This document shows, in pieces, positions 57,669 through 64,000 of a stretch of 64,000 bases of DNA. The translations under genes were made by a program, and so were the position numbers. Source of the stretch: a virus; the IMG/VR virus record IMGVR_UViG_3300045988_122545, positions 1 to 64,000 of that record. One strand, written 5' to 3'. Position 1 is the stretch's first letter, and each line of letters opens with the position of its first letter. A model generated the notes under the pieces. That model was given only the letters and a program-made list of their open reading frames with translations. It had not been told where the DNA came from and ran no database searches.

Positions 57669-57948
57669 CTTTAATCTTTTTAAAATGTTCTAATACTGTA
57701 GAATACATGTCCTGTATTTGCTGTTTACGTTCATCGATATCATCTGTTTCAGACATATTATACATCTGCTCCATAATTATATCGATGAAGTCTTGATATA
57801 ATATCGTATCAGAGTTAATTAGTTCATCTACTAATTTAAACAATTCTTCAGCTACTTCTGTTTTAGCTACTTTATCAAAACCGTCTTTCTCTAATTTCCA
57901 TAGTGTTTTAGATTCTTCGTATGTCATATCAAAATAATCTTTTATCAA
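57643..57948 (-). CDS. Hypothetical protein (start uncertain: TTG at 57948 or ATG at about 57927)
   Basis: ORF-track entry. The first codon is TTG. Confidence 0.6.
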   Translation of the reverse strand: MIKDYFDMTYEESKTLWKLEKDGFDKVAKTEVAEELFKLVDELINSDTILYQDFIDIIMEQMYNMSETDDIDERKQQIQDMYSTVLEHFKKIKDERSKEIR

Positions 57949-58061
57949 AGTAAGCTACCGTGAACATTATATTCTGTTGTAATTGAAAATCGATTGGTAT
58001 CGTCTTTAACCATTGAAACTGATATAAAGGCGCTAAACATTCTTCTATAAACTGTTGCATA

Positions 58062-59963
58062 TTATTTTATTTTATCTTTAATTTTATCATATAATTTATC
58101 AGCTAAGTAAGCAGCATCAGGATGTACTCCAGTGGCACCATATTTAGGACTACGTAACTTAAAGAATCCTTTCCAATCTGATTCAAATCCTGTCATTACT
58201 AATTCCGTTTTTAAAGCATTTGGTAATACTTGTCTAGCTTGTTGAGGCTTCCAACTTTCACTAAGTAATGTAAAATACATAGATTCAGCAAATTCTAAAG
58301 ATTGTTTGAAATAGTAGAAACACTCATTATCATCGGCTACTATTTCTCCAAACTTATTTACTTCTGCCCAACTTGGTATAATAAATGTAATTTCATTATT
58401 AAACTTACTCTTACTATAATTACAGTATCTAGTAGATTCCATAGCAAAACTAAATACACGATGTCTTACAAATTCATGTGATACACCTCTATCGCAAGTC
58501 CATTTAACGGTAATACGTTTTTCATGATATTCAGTTGGTTCACAGATATATTGTAAATCATCTAACCAATTGTTTTCAACAAGTACACGTAGATTGGTTG
58601 TTACATAGTTATGAAACATTCCGTTTTCTTCAATCACTGCTAGTCTCGAATACTTATTCATAGCATAGTCTTCTACAGCACAAAAATCTCTAGCGGAATT
58701 TGGTAAATCCAAGTAAACAGTACCATGTTCAAGCATAGCTCCATGACCAGATTTAATCATTCTATCAACAAATGCCTTAGCACTATCTTCAGTAATCTTA
58801 TCTTCGGATTTATAACAATTACCAATCCAGCATGTCTTGCCGTTAAACCGTATACATATTATACCATTATTTGTTTGTGTGCAATAAACGGTTGTAACAA
58901 GATGTGTTGTGCGAATATGTTTTCTAGAATCTATTATCCAAGAATCTCGCATATGTTCTTGTATATAACATTTTTGTGATATTTCTGGATCATAACTTAT
59001 TGTCGCATTTCTTCCTTTTAAGATGAATAGTTCCTGTATTTCGTTTAGTAAACGTATACTTACAGATAAATATCTATTAATTCTAGTTTTATTATGAGAT
59101 CCATCACCTAAATATAGTATACGCAGAAAATGATCGATTTGTCTAACAGATAAATTTCGAAACCATTCTGGTAAATGTTTGTTCTGTGAATATCTTCCAC
59201 ACATTTCTTCGAACCATTCTACATAACATTGATTTCCAAACTTTATCCATTTTATATTTGGTTTCCGTCTATCGAAATCAATATAATAATGTATATGTTC
59301 GTTTTTCAATGCGTTTATTACTAATTCGTATAACTCATTATTTTCATCTTGAGTTATACATATATAACTACCGGAATTATATTTTTCTCCATGAAATGTA
59401 TGTCCTTCAGTTATATAAGCCGCAAGTATAGTTAATATATCGTCGTTTACATTAAAACTTTCTGTGGTATTATATTCTCTATTTCCACCATTCATTTTCT
59501 TAGTATACACGATATGTTCTTCAAAATCATTAATTTTGTATACTGCTCCATTAAAATATTTAGGTATTCTAAATCTATTTCTTTTTCCTGGATTATGTCC
59601 ATATACTAATTGTTTAGCGTTTAGAAAAGTATATTGTCTTGCATTAACTGGAGATTGATAAATACGATGATCTTCTGTTACAAGAAAATTTATATTTGCG
59701 TGAGTACATTCTACTCCGTCATTATCATAAGGTTTACTAAATATATTTGGTGCTTCATATTCCAATATATTTTTATCAGGATTATAAGTTAATACTCTAT
59801 CTTTATTATTATCTATTTCATCAATATATATAAAACCTCTATCAGTTAATACTTCAGTATCTTCTGTAAAGCATGTTCGACCAGCTAATTCTATTTGTTT
59901 ATACATACCTTCTAATCCAGGTTGCTGTTCAATTATTTCTACGTTTGGTTTTATCAATTTCAT
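58062..59963 (-). CDS. thyX: FAD-dependent thymidylate synthase ThyX, interrupted by an intein
   Basis: Exteins: ...IELAGRT|CYKSEDKITEDSAKAFVDRMIKSGHGAMLEHG... and the ThyX signature EFVRHRVFSFAMESTRY (RHRxxSxxxxSxRY). Confidence 0.9.
   Translation of the reverse strand: MKLIKPNVEIIEQQPGLEGMYKQIELAGRTCFTEDTEVLTDRGFIYIDEIDNNKDRVLTYNPDKNILEYEAPNIFSKPYDNDGVECTHANINFLVTEDHRIYQSPVNARQYTFLNAKQLVYGHNPGKRNRFRIPKYFNGAVYKINDFEEHIVYTKKMNGGNREYNTTESFNVNDDILTILAAYITEGHTFHGEKYNSGSYICITQDENNELYELVINALKNEHIHYYIDFDRRKPNIKWIKFGNQCYVEWFEEMCGRYSQNKHLPEWFRNLSVRQIDHFLRILYLGDGSHNKTRINRYLSVSIRLLNEIQELFILKGRNATISYDPEISQKCYIQEHMRDSWIIDSRKHIRTTHLVTTVYCTQTNNGIICIRFNGKTCWIGNCYKSEDKITEDSAKAFVDRMIKSGHGAMLEHGTVYLDLPNSARDFCAVEDYAMNKYSRLAVIEENGMFHNYVTTNLRVLVENNWLDDLQYICEPTEYHEKRITVKWTCDRGVSHEFVRHRVFSFAMESTRYCNYSKSKFNNEITFIIPSWAEVNKFGEIVADDNECFYYFKQSLEFAESMYFTLLSESWKPQQARQVLPNALKTELVMTGFESDWKGFFKLRSPKYGATGVHPDAAYLADKLYDKIKDKIK
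58818..59873 (-). mobile_element. ThyX intein (352 aa) with a LAGLIDADG homing endonuclease. C-terminal junction is ...CWIGN|C (no penultimate His).
   Basis: It starts CFTEDTEVLTDRGF (Cys31). Block B is TEDH. LAGLIDADG motifs are LAAYITEGHT and LRILYLGDGSH. It ends WIGN followed by the +1 Cys of the conserved RTCYKS extein motif. Confidence 0.8.
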
Positions 59964-59964
59964 C

Positions 59965-60246
59965 TTAATTATTTTTAATTTTGTTAGTTTTATCTTTTTC
60001 TAATTTTAAGTGTTCTATAAAATCTGAAATTACATTTTCCAAACGTTGTAATTTATCTATAAAATCTTCTATTGTATCGTAATTTGCGATATGCAATTTT
60101 ACTGTCTTACTACAATCACTTATTTTTAAAAACGTACTTCGATAAGTATCACCTACAATATAATCTTTAACCATTCCATCAAATGCTACAACATTACTAG
60201 TAGATGGATTATTTTCTTTATTTAACCATATTTGTTTTTTATACAT
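59965..60246 (-). CDS. Hypothetical protein (93 aa)
   Basis: Intact ORF with a TAA stop. Confidence 0.8.
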   Translation of the reverse strand: MYKKQIWLNKENNPSTSNVVAFDGMVKDYIVGDTYRSTFLKISDCSKTVKLHIANYDTIEDFIDKLQRLENVISDFIEHLKLEKDKTNKIKNN

Positions 60247-60257
60247 AATAATATAAT

Positions 60258-60638
60258 TTAATTATTGTTTTCAACACCATCAGGTTGAGGCATTTCTTGA
60301 ATTCTTATTGCTTTTATTGTACTTTTACCATAAACTAAAGCTTTTACTATTCTATGCCAACCATCTGCAATATAACCGTGATCATCTAGTATAACAGGAT
60401 AATCCAAATTAGCTGATTGTACTCTTTTAAAATGATTAGCTATCTGTTTTACGTTACTCAAGCTAGTCCATGGAGAATAACTTAAATCTATACCAGCTAA
60501 AGGTAAATCGAATGTAGGATATTCTTTTTCTTTACACCATTGAATCAGATTAGATGCTGACCATATATTATTATCAGAGCGATATGTATTTTCAGCAAGA
60601 CCCTGTGTCTGTAGTTCTACTATCGGTGGATTGTTCAT
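60258..60638 (-). CDS. ParB-like nuclease-domain protein
   Basis: ParB N-terminal-domain motif YPVILDDHGYIADGWHRIVKAL (DGxHR). Confidence 0.65.
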   Translation of the reverse strand: MNNPPIVELQTQGLAENTYRSDNNIWSASNLIQWCKEKEYPTFDLPLAGIDLSYSPWTSLSNVKQIANHFKRVQSANLDYPVILDDHGYIADGWHRIVKALVYGKSTIKAIRIQEMPQPDGVENNN

Positions 60639-61077
60639 TTTCTTCTTTATTGTTTTTAAAGATTACTATCATACTTGGAAAAGGAGCTGGATAAAAAGCT
60701 TCACCATTTAAAGAAAATTTTAGTCTTCCTTTTATAAATCTTATTTCAGCTTTACCGTATATAAATTTATGAAAATATCTTGTATCGGTTCTAGCCGGAA
60801 TTAACATTACTACAGTAGCTCCGTTTTTTGCTTCATTACTGCATTTTTCAACCCATTGACTTATTTCCTTACCATAAGGAGGATTACAAAATACTATTTC
60901 ATTTTCCCACGACTTACTTAAACCGTCATCTTCTTTAGTATAGAATTTTTCACATTTTGCAGTCTCTTTGGTACAGCATGGATCTAAAGTAAAATGAAAT
61001 TCTGCATTTAATTTATCAAATAGTTTTTGTGGAGTTTCCCACTCCATCTTTTGCGATGATAGAAGAGCTTTGTTCAT
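60592..61077 (-). CDS. Phage Dam-type DNA N6-adenine methyltransferase
   Basis: WETPQKLF...FTLDPC...IVFCNPPYGKEISQWVEKC...VVMLIPARTDTRYFH. Catalytic NPPY motif plus the typical phage Dam-family order. Confidence 0.8.
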   Translation of the reverse strand: MNKALLSSQKMEWETPQKLFDKLNAEFHFTLDPCCTKETAKCEKFYTKEDDGLSKSWENEIVFCNPPYGKEISQWVEKCSNEAKNGATVVMLIPARTDTRYFHKFIYGKAEIRFIKGRLKFSLNGEAFYPAPFPSMIVIFKNNKEENEQSTDSRTTDTGSC

Positions 61078-61264
61078 ACTTTTTCTTTAATTTAAACTTA
61101 AATAAGTAAGCAAACATGATAGATTTCATATTATCATCGTCTGCTATTTTTTCTTTTGCAAATTTAAATGGACTATTACAAATAACCTCTATTACTGGTA
61201 TTGGTAAATTATATTTCTTAGCAAGAACTGAATATATGTTATTTTGCTTTTGTAACATCGTCAC
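61016..61264 (-). CDS. Hypothetical protein (probable ATG start at about 61258)
   Basis: The ORF-track entry begins with GTG. It overlaps the methyltransferase start by about 60 nt. Confidence 0.55.
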   Translation of the reverse strand: MTMLQKQNNIYSVLAKKYNLPIPVIEVICNSPFKFAKEKIADDDNMKSIMFAYLFKFKLKKKYEQSSSIIAKDGVGNSTKTI

Positions 61265-61667
61265 TTATATTTATATCTTGAAAAGGTTCTTGTTCTAAAT
61301 ATACTTTCTTATAATTAGTATTATTTCTAAGATTATCTAGATTTGTAGCATCTACTGAATCAGGTCTAACAATATTAATTGCTATTAGATAATCTTCTAT
61401 ACTTTCACAAGACTTTATCAAGCTTCTTAATAATACTATTTCTTTTCTAGTATAAGGTTTGATAGGTATGAATAAATGATAATCATATTTGAACTTATTC
61501 ATTTTAGTTATTCCTATGCAACTCTCCTTAGTAAGGATAAATAAGGAATTATAAGGTTTCCTCCCTTTCTTAAATAACCATAAGAATCTTTTCCACAAAC
61601 TGTATTTCTTTACTACAATCAAAGATCCTGCTGGGTATTTTTTATATGATTTTAAATATCTTCCCAT
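61239..61667 (-). CDS. Hypothetical protein (142 aa)
   Basis: Intact ORF with an overlapping stop/start with the upstream gene. Confidence 0.75.
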   Translation of the reverse strand: MGRYLKSYKKYPAGSLIVVKKYSLWKRFLWLFKKGRKPYNSLFILTKESCIGITKMNKFKYDYHLFIPIKPYTRKEIVLLRSLIKSCESIEDYLIAINIVRPDSVDATNLDNLRNNTNYKKVYLEQEPFQDINISDDVTKAK

Positions 61668-62029
61668 TATATCTTGAATATTAAAGTAAGTTGTACTCTA
61701 TCTTTTATTATCTCTGGTATCAAAGCTTTATTTACAAAAAGCTCATCATCTGCTTTTCCTTTTACTAAGATACCTTTTTCTTTAAATTTTGTTATATATC
61801 GGCTTAAATTATCAGGTGTTATACCTAATTCTTGCTTGATAATCTTTCTATTCTTAGTAGAACATACATTCTTACTTTCTCCGGAAGTTGGATCATATTT
61901 CATATCCAACTCCACTAGTTTAGAAAGTAATTCTAGTTCTCTATCTGTTATATCAAGTATGCCGTTTAGAGATTTTAAAAATTCATAGATTAAAGTATCT
62001 TTAGTAACAGTCTTTACTAATTTATTCAT
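61667..62029 (-). CDS. Winged-helix/HTH DNA-binding protein (putative transcriptional regulator)
   Basis: KIIKQELGITPDNLSRYITKFKEKGILVK is a helix-turn-helix-plus-wing pattern. Confidence 0.5.
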   Translation of the reverse strand: MNKLVKTVTKDTLIYEFLKSLNGILDITDRELELLSKLVELDMKYDPTSGESKNVCSTKNRKIIKQELGITPDNLSRYITKFKEKGILVKGKADDELFVNKALIPEIIKDRVQLTLIFKI

Positions 62030-62429
62030 TAATCTTGTTTTTAATACTGTTTAAAACTTTAATCATGTTATAGTATACTGTTTCAGCTTCAACTTTTACA
62101 CATGGCTGTACATCACCATTATGGAAGCTTTCAATCATATCTCTATAACTATTTTCGTATGTATCAATCAGTTCATCTACGTAATCTGCGATATCGTTTA
62201 CCTTCTGTTCATAGATATCAGATGCTTCTTCTTCAACTTCTATCATGAATTCTTTTTCTACGAATTCGTCAATTACGTCTTGTGACATTTCCATTTGTAC
62301 TTTTGATATTGATGCACCATTCTTGTGTTCATCAGTACGATCCATAGAGTATATACCATCTTCGTTTAATTCAAAGATATCACCCTTTTTTGCTATACCA
62401 AATGATTTAATTACTTTATAAGTTCTCAT
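62022..62429 (-). CDS. Hypothetical acidic protein (135 aa)
   Basis: Intact ORF. Confidence 0.8.
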   Translation of the reverse strand: MRTYKVIKSFGIAKKGDIFELNEDGIYSMDRTDEHKNGASISKVQMEMSQDVIDEFVEKEFMIEVEEEASDIYEQKVNDIADYVDELIDTYENSYRDMIESFHNGDVQPCVKVEAETVYYNMIKVLNSIKNKINE

Positions 62430-62592
62430 CTTTATATCTATTTTTAAAATTGTTTTTCTTTTTATTATTACCGTAATTATTGCATTTATATGCTATATAT
62501 AAAACAATAAACGCTATTATTAACATTTCCATGTATAATAAAACGCATATTTTGCGTGTTGTTAATATTTTTAACACTTTTTAATATCTAAT

Positions 62593-62618
62593 AAAAAAGC
62601 CCCGCTAAAAGCGAGGCT
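62593..62618 (-). terminator. Intrinsic terminator
   Basis: Minus strand reads AGCCTCGC-TTTTA-GCGGGGCT followed by TTTTTT, 28 nt downstream of the TAA at 62646. Confidence 0.75.
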
Positions 62619-62645
62619 CAATTATATTGTAATATGATTATTAAA

Positions 62646-62999
62646 TTATTTCTTTTCGATAGCAACGATATCGTATGACTTTACTAATTTCGAGTCTTTG
62701 AACAAGTCAAATTCTTTCGCAAACTTTTTAGGGTACACCACGGTATCACCACAAGTAATGCTACCATCATATACAGTAGGAATAGCAATAACAATACCCT
62801 TTTCAAAATCGGATTCTTCTTCCTTAACAACTTCTTTTGTATCGTATAGATTATTTCCTTCTTCATCTTTCTTACCATTAGGTATTTGTTCAGTATACTT
62901 TCTCTTAATCATTGTAGGTTCTAATGGCTTAACTAAGAAGTCTTTCTCAAAAGTAAACTTGACACTACTTACTACTGTTTCTAATACTTTATCTTCCAT
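62646..62999 (-). CDS. GroES/Cpn10-like co-chaperonin
   Basis: FLVKPLEPTMIKRK ... EKGIVIAIPTVYDGSITCGDTVVYPKKFAKEF...SYDIVAIEK follows the Cpn10 pattern (V.PL..R.L.....G.V.A.G...........GD.V.Y..........DI.A). An expanded acidic loop sits at the mobile-loop position. Confidence 0.55.
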   Translation of the reverse strand: MEDKVLETVVSSVKFTFEKDFLVKPLEPTMIKRKYTEQIPNGKKDEEGNNLYDTKEVVKEEESDFEKGIVIAIPTVYDGSITCGDTVVYPKKFAKEFDLFKDSKLVKSYDIVAIEKK

Positions 63000-63007
63000 A
63001 TTCTAAA

Positions 63008-63202
63008 TTATTTTTCGTGAGGGAAACGACGCATGAATATTTTATGTTCTTTTGTACAAATTTGGGTTTTTCCTAAAGCTGCACAATCCATTCTATCATA
63101 GAATGCACATCCTTGACAACCGCCTCTATTTATTTCATCTTCTAAAGTATATTCTTTACCGTGAAATTTATATATCTTCTTACCATTTTCATTCTTATTC
63201 AT
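63008..63202 (-). CDS. Hypothetical small Cys-containing protein (64 aa)
   Basis: Intact ORF. GGCQGCAFYDRMDCAALGKTQIC. Confidence 0.7.
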   Translation of the reverse strand: MNKNENGKKIYKFHGKEYTLEDEINRGGCQGCAFYDRMDCAALGKTQICTKEHKIFMRRFPHEK

Positions 63203-63221
63203 AATTATAAAATTTTGAGGG

Positions 63222-63237
63222 TTAACAATATTGTTAA
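63222..63237. promoter_or_regulatory. Perfect 16-bp palindrome TTAACAATATTGTTAA in a 168-nt intergenic region (candidate operator)
   Basis: Read directly. It lies about 20 nt upstream (minus-strand sense) of the ATG at 63202. Confidence 0.4.
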
Positions 63238-63370
63238 TAACTACTTTTTATAATACCCCCAGAAGTAGTTGAAACTGTGCTAGCCTACGATCTAGACCAT
63301 CATTAGCTGTATTAATCAGTACATATCGTATCTTAAAAGATCTCAGTTTGTATTTTATCTGATTAGTGAC

Positions 63371-63595
63371 TTAGGCGTCTTCGTTCCGCGGATCCTTACG
63401 GCTTGTATCTCCATTAATATTTTTATTTGCGTCATTGTATCCTCGTTTGTATCCAACGTATCCAACAAGTAAACCAGTAACTATGAATAATAATACATAC
63501 AATTTTTCAGTTGTGCTCATGTTATCAAACATTAAGCCGTATATAAATCCTAATAGTAGGATTATTCTACAAACCCAGTCAATTATTTTTTCCAT
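63371..63595 (-). CDS. Small membrane protein (74 aa, two hydrophobic helices)
   Basis: Intact ORF. IILLLGFIYGLMF and LYVLLFIVTGLLVGYVGY. Confidence 0.75.
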   Translation of the reverse strand: MEKIIDWVCRIILLLGFIYGLMFDNMSTTEKLYVLLFIVTGLLVGYVGYKRGYNDANKNINGDTSRKDPRNEDA

Positions 63596-63828
63596 AACTC
63601 TTCTTGTCTATACTTAAGTAAGTCATCATATAGTTGTAAATATAATTCATCAGATAATCTGTATTCTATTTCATCTCTTACTATTACTCTGGAATTACAA
63701 TCATCTAAGATTATTTTACTATTTCTATCAGGTCCTTTTTCAAAGAAGTCTTTTTCGTATTGTTTAGCTATCCATAAACAATTACCATATTGTTGATCTT
63801 CTTTGCTTTTTATTTTATAATAATTCAT
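63583..63828 (-). CDS. Hypothetical protein (81 aa)
   Basis: Intact ORF whose stop overlaps the downstream start. Confidence 0.75.
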   Translation of the reverse strand: MNYYKIKSKEDQQYGNCLWIAKQYEKDFFEKGPDRNSKIILDDCNSRVIVRDEIEYRLSDELYLQLYDDLLKYRQEELWKK

Positions 63829-64000
63829 ATTATTGCTTTTTAATAAATTCTGTTATCTTAAGTATAGCCATCTACATAGCAATTAATATAATTATTATTA
63901 ATAGTAATTCTTTCATAGTATTTATTATTGTATTAGTATCAATACTAACGTATAATAGTATTATTTTGTTTCTATCTATGTTAATTATTTAACAAATATT

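Noticed and set aside
62416-62532. Possible 38-aa TM micro-ORF (MEMLIIAFIVLYIAYKCNNYG...) in the 62430-62645 intergenic region
   Set aside because: It is short and AT-driven, and it overlaps the next gene start. Without conservation data I do not list it as a feature.
3245-63617. All plus-strand ORFs in the track (e.g. 3245..3454, 10592..10843, 16620..16925, 27634..27981, 46626..46973, 61674..61988, 62698..63006)
   Set aside because: Every one lies antisense to a well-supported minus-strand gene. They translate to low-complexity Ser/Phe/Ile/Leu-rich strings typical of the reverse frame of AT-rich coding DNA. None has a recognisable motif or sensible gene-to-gene spacing.
1-64000. TGA (or TAA) reassignment
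   Set aside because: TGA terminates many genes right before the next start (e.g. 18415, 20535, 25887, 26694, 27168, 33190, 38940, 39121, 48464, 51413). No in-frame TGA or TAA was seen in any long stretch I translated.
1-64000. CRISPR arrays, long tandem repeats, integrase or lysogeny module, rRNA
   Set aside because: No spaced direct repeats or recombinase-like ORFs were seen. The only RNA genes are the two elements at 55.7-56.0 kb.

Overview
The window is one continuous, AT-rich block of a crAss-like (Crassvirales-type) tailed-phage genome. Every credible gene is on the minus strand. Reading along the minus strand there are three parts. (i) 64.0-56.1 kb is a tightly packed, standard-code replication and nucleotide-metabolism module: GroES-like protein, wHTH regulator, Dam-type methyltransferase, ParB-like nuclease, intein-interrupted ThyX and a DUF5664-like pyrophosphohydrolase. 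(ii) 56.1-55.6 kb is a non-coding junction carrying an amber-suppressor tRNA (anticodon CUA, long variable arm), a second tRNA-like element with an aberrant anticodon arm, and an intrinsic terminator. (iii) 55.6 kb to position 1 is the packaging, head, tail, lysis and virion-cargo module. It holds TerL with two inteins, portal, scaffold-like protein, major capsid candidate, a free-standing GIY-YIG homing endonuclease, several tail fibres, an M15 endolysin, holin and spanin-like genes, and very large cargo proteins, including a roughly 4574-codon ORF with an RNA-polymerase beta-prime-like DFDVD motif. The dominant feature is genetic-code related. In part (iii) TAG is a frequent in-frame sense codon and is never a terminator; all true stops I checked are TAA or TGA. 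In part (ii)-adjacent part (i), TAG is absent both as sense codon and as stop. The fragmented six-frame track therefore has to be stitched through TAG. CDS coordinates taken from or phased against the ORF track are reliable. Coordinates of RNAs, hairpins and motifs were hand-counted and may be off by 1-2 nt. Functional calls rest on motifs I can read in the translations; no database search was possible.
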